Assembly (NCBI GenBank): GCA_002245135.1
Contig: NGBS01000022.1
Span: 1 to 64,000 of the forward strand
Source: Proteromonas lacertae
Taxonomy: Eukaryota
Length of the DNA stretch: 64,000 bases
Direction of reading: 5' to 3'
In this document: positions 13,658-26,895 of the stretch, piece after piece
How positions within the stretch are numbered: the first letter of the stretch is position 1
Layout of the letters: every line of letters starts with the position of its first letter
Translations under genes and position numbers: made by a program
Notes under the pieces: model-generated
The model's database searches: none
Told to the model about the DNA's origin: nothing
The model's input: the letters and a program-made list of their open reading frames with translations, nothing else

Positions 13658-13822
13658 ATAATTTGTGAATTTTCCTTATTTATTACATTTGTTTTGTTTA
13701 TTGTTATTGTTATTTTTATAGATATTTCTATTATTTTGATTGTCTTGAAGAAATATAGATTGTAACTGAATCTATGTAACGAACAAAAGAGTTTGAGGGT
13801 TTGAGTAATAGTAAGATCCAAA

Positions 13823-16800
13823 ATGTCTCGTTCTAAGACAATACTGCATTTTAACATCGCAGGTAGTAGTCAAAATTCAATCAATAAATTAGCAGATGCA
13901 GAAAAGGCTGTAGTTAAACGAGTATTATACAGTGATTTATTTTTTAGGTAAATCAACTTATTGAACAATATTGTGAAGGTACAAAATTCTGTGATCCAGA
14001 GTTTGGTCCAACTGATAATGATGAGTTTGGAACTAAGTCTCTATACAGAGATGGCAAGGTATTTCATTTTTTTAATCATTCTATAGCCTCCACAATCAAG
14101 TGGATCAAATGCATATCCAGAACCTCAACGGTTGCAATGGGTTAGACCAAAATATAGTGTATATAGTCGTATTTTTATGAAATTATGAATAGTATGGTAA
14201 TGAAAATGCAAATGATGATGATGAAGATAATGAATTTGATGATGGTTTTGACGATGAGTTTGGTGATGATGAATTTGGCGATAATTTTTCCGATGAAGAA
14301 GAAGATCTCTGTTCCGAAGGTAAATTATTCCAAGAAGGTCATAGTTGTCAAGATGTAATTCAAGGAAAATTAGGAGATTGTTGGTTTTTAGGTGCATTAG
14401 CTGTATTAGCAACACAACCATTGTTTTTAGAGAATATATTCTTCAGTGGTGATCCAAACTCCAATATTAATCAAAGATGGTTAGATTGTGGATTATGGGT
14501 ATGCAGGTTCAAAAAAGTATAAAAATAATTAATTTACTCATTTATAGAATTTTGAGTATTATTATGTCATAATCGATGATCGAATCCCAGTGTATAGCAA
14601 TTCCTAAGTCAAAAGCACCAGTATTTGCTCGTTGTAGAGATGAAAATGAACTTTGGGTTCCATTAATCGAAAAAGCTTTTGCCAAATTAAATGGAAGTTA
14701 TGATAGTTTAATTGGTGGATATATAGATTGTGCTTTGAGAGATTTAACAGGTTTATGCTCTCAATTGTTAGTACTTCAACCAGGACATACTGGATATAAT
14801 GAAGATACAGGTCATTTAGTTGAAAATGGTGAGTTATTCAAATTAATACAAAAACGAACTGAAGATGGTACATTATGTGGATGTTCCATACAGCCAAAAG
14901 GAGGTCAAACCTGTCAAACTGAAGCCAATATTGGCGAAGGATTGAAAATGAAACATGCTTATTCAATAATAGGTGTATGTGAGATAAAAGTTGGTAAGAA
15001 CATGCAAAAGTTAATAATGTTAAGAAATCCTTGGGGTAATGGTGAATGGAGTGGAGAATGGTCAGATGACAGTGAAATGAAAGAGAAATATATTGACCAA
15101 ATTAAAGAAGCATTTATGAATAGAAAGATAGCACGAAATACAGGTTTAACTGCTGCTAGTGTAGCTGGTGGTGTTGATGAAACAAGCAATGATGTTGAAG
15201 ATTTATTTGATAATAAGAATGATGGTATATTCTTAATGAGTTTTGAAGACTGGTTGAAGTATTATACTCATTTATTTTTCTGTATTAATTTCCCTGATGA
15301 ATATAGAGGATGGAGAGTATCTGGTGAATGGAGAAATGATAATTCAGGAGGTAATCCTAGTTGTACTACTTGGTCAATTAATCCACAATATAAATTCTCA
15401 TTAACTGAGCCAACTAATAATGTTGTAATACAATGTATAATATAATAATAATATTATTATTATTTAAATAGTAACACAGGAAGATCTTAGGAGAAACTTA
15501 TGGTAGAACAGTTGTAAGCCACAACAATGTTATTGGATTTCATATAGTTCCAGCCAATTTCAACTTCAGTGATAGAAAAGCTCGACCTCCTCAAATTATT
15601 CCAGGTACAAGTGATGTCTTACAGCCAACTTATACATTCCACGATGCTTCAACTCTATCTATTAATATGGCAGCTGGTGATTATATATTAGTACCATCAA
15701 CCTATGAAAGAGGCAAGTTGGGGAAATTCTTCTTATCGATTTATGTGAATAATAAATATGCATCATTAGAAGAAGCTGAAGTAATTGCTGAAGAAGAAGA
15801 AGTTGAATTTGATGAAGATGATGAAAATGATAAATCAACTAAACCAATACAAGAGACATTTACATTCAACAAGAGAAGATATGAAGAAGCTAAAGATCAT
15901 TTATTGGAAGTATGCAAACAGAGAAGTATATAATATATATTTATTATTATTTTGTATAGATATTAATATAACCAATATTCTCAACAGTTTATCCAACATA
16001 TCACAAGATGACTTAAACCGTCCAATGAAAATACGAGAATTCCGTGAGAAATTAGCATCCTATGGTATAAAAGCAATGGATTTGACTGATGATCAATTAA
16101 GACCATTATCTGGTGAAGATGGAATATTTGAATTAAGTGATATATTGGATATATTCAAATCAGAAAAAGAAATTCAAGATATTAATAAACTACAAAAAGA
16201 TGTATCAAAAGATGTTGATGATTTAGAATATGCAAGTATAGTAACAGATGGTGAAATTGGAATAACTATCAAAGTATATATATATATATATATATATATT
16301 AAATTTATTTAATTAGCAAATTCGTGATTTACCATTAGATAGTAATGTTTCAAAGCAGAAAGTCCAACCAGAAGATTTCATTACTTGGACTAGAAATGAA
16401 AAGTTTAGAAAATTAATCAAGAATTACAATTATTCAGAAACATTTTTATTCTCATTCTATCAGAAGTTACTGTATGTAGTTCGATCAATAGAAAGCGATA
16501 ATCCAATTGAAACATTTATTGATAATTTCCCAGTATTAGCTGATCAACAATTTGGTATTACATCCACAGAAGAAGAACTCTCAGAATTAATCCAACAAAT
16601 TAAAAATGAATTCGTTCCATTTGGTGTAATAGTCACTAGTATGGAAATATATATCTTCCTTACTGGTTTAATGAAATACAAATGGAATACAGTGTTAGAG
16701 TTAATCACATTAATGTTTAATACATCTTCTAATTTCGATGATAATAGTGGTGATAATACACCTCATGAGAATGCTGAAGATTCAGAGTTAATGTCACCAC

Positions 16801-17285
16801 AAACACCATCTGCTCAACAAGATCAAGTAAATTCTAAAGTTGATGTTAATGCTAAGAAGATACATAGTAATTCATCCTTTGCTGAATTTGAGAATTTAAG
16901 ATGTGGTGGATTACATAAGTTACATAAATTTGCTAGTGGTAATAATAATGTGATTTACTGTATACATTGTGATACTTTACTTGAAGATAGTATAATATAT
17001 ATATATTGTTAATTTATTTATTTAGAATATTATGCATGTAAAGGAAAGAAATGTAATAATTACTTCTGTGAGAATTGTTATAAAGATATTCCAAATGGTT
17101 TATGTGATACTTGTTATGCATCTGAACAGAATCGTATTAATTTAATGCATAAGAAATTACATCAAATAAAGAAATCAACAAAGAAATCATTCGTTGTACA
17201 AACGTATAAGAAAGAAGAAATTGAAAAGAAGTTTGAAGAGAATGAAAAAGCAAAGACATGGATGAATGGAACAGTGTTTTCAGTA

Positions 17286-17324
<39 letters not shown>

Positions 17325-20300
17325 GTTATTCCAAGATTCATGGAGAATATTAAAAACTAGAAAAATCATCTCAGAACATAATCCTTATGACAGATTAAAT
17401 AAAGAAATATTACCCAACAAATATCCAATCTATCAACGATTAAGAAATGTAAGAAGAATACAAGAATATCAAGGATTACAATTTAATATACAAAATCATG
17501 AAGCTCTTGAAAGTATATTTGAAGCATTAGATACAGATCGAAGTGGTGAATTGAGTTATACAGAATTTAAGAATGGTTGTGACTCATTAGGCTTTGATTT
17601 ATCTGATAAAGAATGTAAAGTTGTTTTCCAAAAGTTTGATAGTTCAGGTGATGCTTCTATTGCTTCTATTGAGTATAAAGAATTTGTGGATTATTTATAT
17701 GGTAATCAGAACAAGAAGTTAATTAGATCGATGTTTTTATTAGCTCAAGCTTATCATAAATATAGATACATATCTTCCTATTTAACAGATATAAACAATC
17801 CAAATCCTGTGAAATTCAAAGAGTTATTATCCAAAGAGAATATAGAAACTAGTAAAGATAATGTTAGTAGATTATTATTCTTATTCAATTACAGTAGTGA
17901 AACATTTATTGAAACATTTAAAGACTTTGGAAGATTAAGACAAGTAGGTGATTTAGTTGATACTATAACGCAAGAATTAGCTGATTCAATCTCTAAAGTG
18001 ATAAGTGATGTGTTTAATGATGAAGATTGTATGATGTTTTGGCAGAAAATATGTTTGGCTTGTGATGATTTAATAGGTAATAAGAGTTTTGCTGAAATAA
18101 ATAAGAGAGAATATCCTGTAACTACATTTATGATTGGATTTTTAAAATGTTTAGAATTAAGCGAAGATTCTGTATTAAAGAAATACTTTATATTTAATGA
18201 TGATGATGATGATGAAAATAAAAATGAATATAAAAATCATATTAATTTAGTCAGTGAAGATGGATTAGGTTATTGTTTATTCTTATTGAGATTATTATTT
18301 ATTAAATATGGTTTAGCAACTCCAACTATTAATTATAAAGACTTTAGATTCATATTATACAATCCAATAATGAATTCAATAGAATTAAGAATTAGATTAA
18401 GATTAAAGATATTAATCTCACAATTAACTAACACTGAACAATTCTTAGTGTCTGCTGAATATGAAATGAACAATAATAATAATAATAATAATGAAGATGA
18501 TGATGATATTCCAAATAAATCAGATTTAATACATATAACATTACATGATATATCAACAGGTGAAACTTTAGAAACAACAGTTAATCAAAAAGTAGTGAAT
18601 TATATACCTCCTTGTGGTATAAATAAAGAACATAGTAATGCATTGATTAATCCACAATGTTGCCCAGTAGAAAGTGAAGCTTTAGAAAGCTTAATATCGT
18701 ATATATATATATATAATTATTACTATTGTACTATAGTTGTCTTGAAATCAGAGTAAATCCAGAAACTGGTAAGAACTCATTGGTATTAAAAGAATGTGAA
18801 AGATTTATTAATGAGATTCAAAGTTATTTCGAATCTTCCAATGTTCCATTTGATTTCTTTATGAATATCACTCAATCTGAGATAAAATTCATTCGAGAAT
18901 TAGATGAAAGTGGCACAAGAGGATTAAGACATAATATATTGGAGAGTATTAGAAAGAATAAACAACTGACATTACAATTATGTAATATGAATAGAAGATT
19001 AGATGTTATATTTGAATCAACAGGTGAAGAATCAATGTATATATATATAATAATAATTATTATTATTATATAGTTATCGTGAAACAATCAGTTGGGCAGA
19101 TTTTGTAGACTATTTAGTAGGAAATAGAAATCCGTATATATATATATATATATATATAAAATAGAACATATTTCATTACAGTTGAACCTGATTTAGAGAA
19201 TATTTATCCCACCTATTATGGTCCAATATTAGAAGATGGTGGTTCATCGATCAATGTTGATAAAACATATACAATCGCCTATGAATCAGATAAATCGAAT
19301 AAGAAATCATTATACAATGATTGCGTGACAATTGGTAATAAATATTATATCGTTTCACTTATTAATACTAATAATAAAAGAGAAATTGTTGTTTATGATA
19401 GTCAAATTGCATCACCGTATATATAAATATATATTTTATTAATTATTATTATTATAGAGTTAAAGTAGTCAAAGATGTTCATGTTGAAGAATTACCTCAA
19501 GATATTGACAGTGATGATTTCCAGAAGATATGGAACTCAAAGATCAATATGTTAGAATTGGGAGATAGTTTATCACCTTATATTCATGTTAGTTTTAATA
19601 ATGGTAAGAATCATATTGGTGTATGTAAGATATCCATTGATTCAATTATAAGTAACGATGGTTGTGATTTGAATGAATGGTATACTATATATAATGGTGA
19701 TAATAAATGTGGAAGTGTATTAATCGAATCAACATTCTTATCCAAAGATAGAATGGAAGAAGTAGTAGTTGATTATGAAAAAGAAAATGAAAAATATCAA
19801 AATAAACTACAGAAATACACCAGTAAAAAGGAAATACCAAAATCAATTAGTGATATAGATGCAGGTGTAGTTCCAAAGAGATTATCAATGGCAAGATCAC
19901 AATTACAACAACAACAACAACAACAAGAGGAAGAAATGAGTAGATCTAGAAAACCATCTGTTAGAAAATCACGAACTCAAACACCTAATAGATCTAGACG
20001 AAATTCATCTACTCGAACTCCCAGTAAGATATCTAAAACACCTCGTACAAGTATATCACCTAATAAACCACAACCTCAAATTGAAGAAATTCAACAACAA
20101 CCACAGCCACAAACACCAATACAACAACAACAACAACAACAATTGAATGAAGAAAAGAATGAGAAGAAGAAACCAAAAGTGAATGAATTAGTTAGTAATC
20201 GTGATGTTGCATTATTATTATCAGAATTAAAAAGAAGTAAAGATTGTTTTGATATTTCTTTAAAAGAAAAGAAGTTAAATTCTGTAATATCCAAATTGAT

Positions 20301-20595
20301 TATTATGTTAAATCCAACTAATCCCCAATCCCTTGAGAAAGTAAAGATGACTCCAACTGTAGTAACAAGAAAACACAAAGTAACTGGCGCTGGTAGTACT
20401 GCTCCTCCACCACCATCATCTTCTAGTGGAGATATGAGTTTACCTGAAGCAAAGAAAACAAGAAAATCTTTAAAACCATCTACTACAAAGACTTCAACAT
20501 TAAAATCAACTCCTGCAACTAGAAAATCGTTGGGTACAAGTGTAAGTAGTGGTAAAAAGAAAGTTGGTCTGAAAAAGAAATCCCCAACCAAATAA
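13823..20595 (+). CDS. Giant calpain-family cysteine protease (CysPc + domain III + Cys-rich Zn motif + EF-hands + C2-like domain + basic tail)
   Basis: Catalytic motifs QGKLGDCWFL, HAYSI and LRNPWG; VIIDDRIP; EKAFAKL; YILVPSTYERGKLGKFFL; EF-hand DTDRSGELSYTEF. Exons are joined by ~30-45 nt introns. Two apparent +1 frameshifts at ~14605 and ~15501. Confidence 0.85.
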
Positions 20596-20638
20596 ATAAT
20601 TAGAAATGAATGATCTACTAAAGTTGATCTTAATATTT

Positions 20639-20646
20639 TGTTTGTT
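20639..20646 (+). promoter_or_regulatory. TGTTTGTT 3'-end/polyadenylation-associated motif downstream of the calpain gene
   Basis: Exact TGTTTGTT ~45 nt after the stop codon. This motif is known downstream of Blastocystis poly(A) sites. Confidence 0.55.
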
Positions 20647-20805
20647 TGTGTATAAATCTATACATAATACAATTTTTTATAGGAAGTTCGTTTAATTTAG
20701 CTATACATTATATCTTCATGATTATTCATTTAATATGTAGACCACAACAACTCAATCTTTTATTGAGCAGAATTATTCATTCGCTTGCCCATCTAGCAAA
20801 ATAGT

Positions 20806-22506
20806 CAGGGTTGCATAAATCGATTTAAGTATAATACAGGATAATACTTTGTCTTTACATTTTGCTTTTAAATTTTGAGTTAGTATTGTCATATAAATAT
20901 TGATTATATAATTTCTAAATCTATTTCTTTTTTATTCTAATATTTACTACTACTCAATAAGTCGTTATTTACCAGTGTTGTATTTTTCGGTCAAAAAATA
21001 TAGGTTTACCTATAGGTCAAAACCTATATCTTTAGCTTGACCTTTACCTTCCTTATACTAACTATTAGTTGACCTCCTATTGAACATGAGTTAAGAAGCA
21101 TATAATCTAACCATAGATACAAAATTAATGTTTTATGCATCATCTTTCAAATATCAAATTTGACCTTCGGTCGATGCACTTTTTATATTACTATTATTTT
21201 GATCTATTTCTCAATGATGACTCACAATAACATATTATTAACATAATATTAAATTAATTATAGAATAAAAAAAAGAAAAGAAAAAAACATCAAGCTTGAT
21301 GGTTTGACTAAGTAAATCTTTATTTTTTAAGATTTAGATCATTTAAATGTATAATTACTCAATATTTATAAGACTTTATAATATATGAAACTATAGGGAT
21401 ATCACATTACCCCCTATCGCATCAATAGAGTTGTGCATTTATTCAATTGTTGTATGTTAGAGAAGTAACATTTTAACTACTCAAAATGTTTTGGAAAACG
21501 TGATTAAAATAAAATATTCAGATTATTACATATGGTAAAAGCCAAAGTCAATTCAGATTCTGTCAACAAAGATCTATGTAAATTAATAACCTTCAATGCA
21601 GTCAGTACCACAATATTAGACTCACCAGAATTTAGAAGGTTTTGCTTCAAACTAGGATATATTAACCTCTAAGAGAGTTTTATAATGCTTATTTATTTTC
21701 AGAAACTGAGAAAGTAAGAGACTTATTGAAGACAAATCATTAATATCCAGAAATAGAGATTTATTATTATAATTACATTAATATTTGTTTTTTAGAGATA
21801 TTAATCAATATAAATTAATCATCAAAATAACAAGTTGTTTATAAATATGTTAAAAATCACTATTGAGTAGTTTGTAGATGAATTTTAATATATTAGTATA
21901 GATATTTATACAATTTCAACCAATCTTATTCTAACTATGGTAATCAAAGTAAAACAGGAAGCAGGAATAATTTTTTATATAGTATGGTAGTTTGTATTAA
22001 ACAAATGTTACTCAATAAGTAATTAAAATAGATTTTAACAACATAATGCTCGAGGTTTGATCGACCGAAGGTCAAAGCTAGATAATAGGTTTTACCTATA
22101 ACCTATAGGTTACCTATTTATACAACCCTGTTATTTACTACAGTTTTTATGACATAGACAAATTTGACTAAACACACCTTTATAAATGTTTCTAACATTA
22201 TCAGAAGTTAAATTAAGTAGCATAGATAGTAGTGATATCACAACAATTCACTCTAAATAATTGTAAGTGTGAAAATATAGAAATACAATAGAATACATTC
22301 TAAACCATATATTAAATATATAACATAATAGTATTACTCATTGGAAAGTATAAAATCAAATTACAAGAATAGTAAAAACTCATCGACAGTCGGTTAATTC
22401 AGTTTTTTATAGAATGATATATATATATATGTTTAGAAACACATAATACATAAGAGGTCAGCTAATAGGTTATACCGAAAGGTCATGACCGATTTATGCA
22501 ACTCTG
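20806..22506. mobile_element. Outer non-autonomous hAT-like DNA transposon
   Basis: TIRs cagggttgcataaatcg (20806-20822) and cgatttatgcaactctg (22490-22506), 16/17 match, with aggtca subterminal motifs. The flanks do not form a TSD. Confidence 0.7.
20973..22130 (+). mobile_element. Inner hAT-family deletion derivative with an 8-bp TSD (TTATTTAC)
   Basis: TIRs cagtgttgta / tacaaccctg. TTATTTAC at 20965-20972 and 22131-22138. A 16-bp inverted subterminal repeat, tttgaccttcggtcga (21159-21174) / tcgaccgaaggtcaaa (22061-22076). Transposase-like remnant LCKLITFNAVSTTILDSPEFRRF at 21532-21672. Confidence 0.85.
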
Positions 22507-22516
22507 CTTATTATCT

Positions 22517-23345
22517 CACATTTTGATATAAATCTGTTGTGAAATAATAATCACCAAATTTCACGATCTTTGTATTTCCTGTTCCACCTCCATTTACATC
22601 TAACATCCAATTAGCTGGATTTTCATCTTCTTCAATTGGACTAACTCCATCAATCTTTTCCATATATTCTACTACTTTACTACCATTTTCACCAAGTGGA
22701 CCAAAATATACTACTTTTCCACTTCTTTCTAATAATAATACATCACTAAATAGTTTAAATATTTCAAAAGATACAAATTATACTTCTATCACTTGTTGAA
22801 ATTCTTTGTAAGACTTGACATATTAATAAAACAGCTGAACTATCTAATCCAGTTGTTGTTGGTTCATCTAAGAATAATATTGATGGATTAGATACTAATT
22901 CGATTCCAACCATTACCAATTTTCTTATACATATTGCTAAACCACTATCTAGTTGTTCAACATATCCACTTATCATACATAAATCTTTCATTTTATATCG
23001 CTTATCATTCAATAACAATTTACCTTCAATCTTTCCTTTGTGTTTTTCTATTTGCTAATACATCTAATAATGTTCTTTTACCAACTCCACTTTCTCACAT
23101 TAACTCTATTATACTGTGAGATAGAACATATCCACTTATATCATTCAATAATACTTTATCTATCTTTCTTTTTACTTGATGCATCTTTAATTTTTACTGT
23201 ATATTTTATATGTTCAAATAAAAAATCAAATTGTGTTAAAATTTACTTTTGAAGCTGAAGATCTCACACTCATTTCACTTTGTCTTGTTACATCAACAGC
23301 TTTTACATCTTTTATTAAAATTGTTTTATTGGGTGGAAATGAATC
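22517..23345 (-). pseudogene. ABCG/PDR transporter fragment (copy B)
   Basis: ELVSNPSILFLDEPTTTGLDSSA (Walker B), VVYFGPLG and NPANWMLDV, with frameshifts and a large internal deletion. Confidence 0.85.
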
Positions 23346-23917
23346 ATATACAATATAATATAATACAATCATTTGTAGAATAATATCAACAAATATTACC
23401 ATTCTTCATTCTTATCTGTTTGAAATAATAAAACTCAATTAACCATTTCGGTAAGGTATTACGAGTTATATTGATTCAATTAAATCAGTTTAAAAGGAAT
23501 TCAACGATTGGTAAGAAAACAGATAATACATCTAATTTTACATATAAATACATCATTATCAACTCAAATGAGGTAAATGTGATATATCACTACTTCTATT
23601 AGCTGCATTGGATGTTGATAAACAACATCATAATAAATAACATCAAATACTTCAAATACACAAAAATGGTTATCTGATGGAATTTATTCCTCATTTCACT
23701 ATATTCTTTTTATTACTTCTTATCATAACTATTATAAAGTCAATTATATTAAAATAAATAATTGCATCACTTTTTATTTTGATTTTTATAAAAATGAGAA
23801 TCAAGCCTTCATAATAGTAATTCAAGCTATTTTTATATTTTCTTTATTTATGTGTAAATATAAACAGCAACACAATATGAAGAATGAAAATGTTATAAAA
23901 ATTCATATTATATAACT

Positions 23918-26041
23918 TTATTGATGAGAAACTGAATAATAATTCTATTGAGGTGTTTTCATATACTAATACAGCATATGGAAATAATGGAGAAGGTAAA
24001 TCTTTAACAAGTAAAACAGGAGATGAATTCATTATGGCTAATCCAAAATTCTCTTTTATTCATATCAACAATCACTTCATAAACTGAACCATCTCTATGA
24101 TTATTGAAATTTGGATTTTTATTCACAACTCTTCCAATATTACAATAATAAGTAATATCTTTACTTTTACCTTTATATGCATAATAATTACATGTTGTTA
24201 ATAGTTCATAAATACAATTATTAGAATATGTATTATCTGTTGATAATCCTAACATTATATCATTAAATTCACTTCCATTTTGATGAAATTGATATTTGAT
24301 ATGATAAATTCCATTTTTCATTTTCAAATTCAAACAACAATGATTATAACTACCATTTGTATTTGTTATTAATTTTCCATTATTTGAGATTAATATTCCT
24401 TTAGTTTTGTTAAATTCTGTGAATCTTCCTTCTTTAAATTCTAATGATATTTTGAATTTATTTTCATTTAGAATATTCTTACAACTAATTTCATATTCAC
24501 ACTTTTCTATATCTTTATCCACTTTTCCATCAATTATTCCATTTTCTTTATTTATCATTATTCCATCAAGTAATGAAGGATTGATTGAAAATTCACATCG
24601 ATTTCCATCAAATGAAGGAATTATTAACATTTCTTCATCTAATATAAATGAATATTCTGATTGAGAATATGAAAATGATGTGATTTCTTTTGTTTTTAAT
24701 TCTTCCAATAATTCTTTATCTTTCATTATTTCTATCATTTCTTCTTCTTCTTTTAAACTCAGTTTATTCTCTTTTATATATTCTATTAATATTTCTTTGG
24801 ATTTGGAATTTAAATAATTATCTTCATTCAATATTCTAAAAAGAATTTCTTTTCCACATACTTTTTCTATTATTGAAATATTCTTTTCATCATCAACAAA
24901 CAAACATATACATTTTCATTGTTCGATTTCTTTTATTCTCATTATATTCTATACATAATCTGTCCAACATGTTTCTCTTTTCTATATTTGAGATATATTC
25001 TATTTAAATATATTTTTAGTATTTATACTTTCCATTTTCACATTCTTATATTTCATTATCATCAATACTATTTCACTCATCTTTATGTTATTCATTTCTA
25101 ATATACACATTATTTCATCATTTAACTCTTCTTCTTTCATTCTATCCAATATTCTTCTTTCTTCTTCTTTAAATTCTTCTTCTTTATTATCTTCATTGTA
25201 ATTGTTGATTATTACATTTTGAATTCTCTCATCTTTTATTAAATATATTTCTATATGATTTTTACATTCATTTTTCTTTAATTCTATTTTCAAGTCTTTC
25301 AACATTTCTTTATTCTCTTTTTCTATCTCTTTCTCTTTTATCTTTTCACAATCGATCTCTTCTTCTATCAATTGTTTAAAATCATCTTGTATTTCTTTAT
25401 TTTCTTTCTCATTCTTTTGGAATTTATACCATTCCAATAACCGATTTAATAACCATAACTCATTCACTATTATCACATCTCTCATATTTAATATCTCTAT
25501 CAAATTATTCATTTCTAATCTCAACAAATATTCATTATTATATAAATATTTATATCCTCGCTTTTCTATTTCCATATTTTTCAAGTCTTCTATCTCTCTC
25601 AAACATCCACCAAATACATTACAGATATGAATTAATTTCATTAATACTTCATCATCTATATTATTCTTCACAAATTCATAACAATCATTTATTATCTCTT
25701 TTTCACTATAACATAAACAAAACATCAACACTTCACACACACTCTCTTTACAGATTATCAGTTCACCACCACTGTAGTATTTCTCCATCTCATAATAGCC
25801 AATTTCTTCGATTTCTTCATATAACTCCAAAACTCCAACAAACTCACAATCTAACAACAGTTTCTTTACAGTTTCATTTCCATTCACTAAAATTGATTTG
25901 ATTGACATTATTCGATTATCTCTAATCTTCACTTCTATATCACCAAAACCACTTTCGACCAATTTTCGACATAATCTATCATAAAAATAAATATAAAATA
26001 TACCCCTCTTCTCTTATGCTTTTATTCACTTTTATTATCAT
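23918..26041 (-). CDS. BTB/BACK-Ig-SPRY protein, copy B (three 1-nt insertions, possibly consensus artefacts)
   Basis: Near-identical to copies A and C. Extra bases at ~24912, ~24030 and ~23934. Confidence 0.65.
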
Positions 26042-26895
26042 CTTTATGTAAATATATAACAAAAATAACGAAATTTGATTTTTATCAAAATTTTGAATAA
26101 CCCAAAACTTAAAATGTGATATAATTCTATTGCAGATGGTGTGATAAAAACAATTATACTCTATTGTGATTTATTAATGCATATTGCATATGACATGATG
26201 ATGTAAATGATGAATAATAAGTTTTAGTGATAGTTAGTGTTATTGACAATGAAATTTAATATAAATATAGATTATTGGTTTTTAAATTCATCCACAGGTA
26301 AATGCATATATTAATGGTAAACAGAATATTAATGTCGATTCAAATTCCCTTATGGATAATATACATATGAATATAATAAATGCAGAAGGATTATTTCACA
26401 TCATTTAAGTATAATATAAAATATTAACCTCACTGAACAACTGAATGAGAAACTGAATGGTTTGTATTGAATTAGTTATTATCAAGTGTTAATGAATGGA
26501 GGATATTCTTTAATATCATTGAAACCTTGGTGATCGTTGATGAAGTATTACAAGGAGGTTGATAAATAACAATCTTTAGTGTTTCTTGTTATTGTAATAT
26601 GATGAAAAACAAAAGGTTAGATTATCAATTTTGGAAATGATTTACAACCTGAGAATCAACAATTCTATACTCAATCATCAGTAGATAGTTAATTTAGATT
26701 TACCATATATTAGTTATTCTACAAAATTAGTTGATATAGATGATAATAAAATGATATATTATTGGAATGTATATTATTAGCTTAATATATAGAATTTTCT
26801 GCAGAGATTGTAGAATTAACACACATAAGCAAATCTGAGTTTTTCGGAGGAAATAAACACAACAATAAGAGCAAATCAATCTAGATTATTACAGA

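Noticed and set aside
20091..20591. 166-aa minus-strand ORF and similar hydrophobic antisense ORFs (e.g. 13465-13857, 39439-40397)
   Set aside because: They lie antisense to well-supported genes, and their composition mirrors the sense codons.
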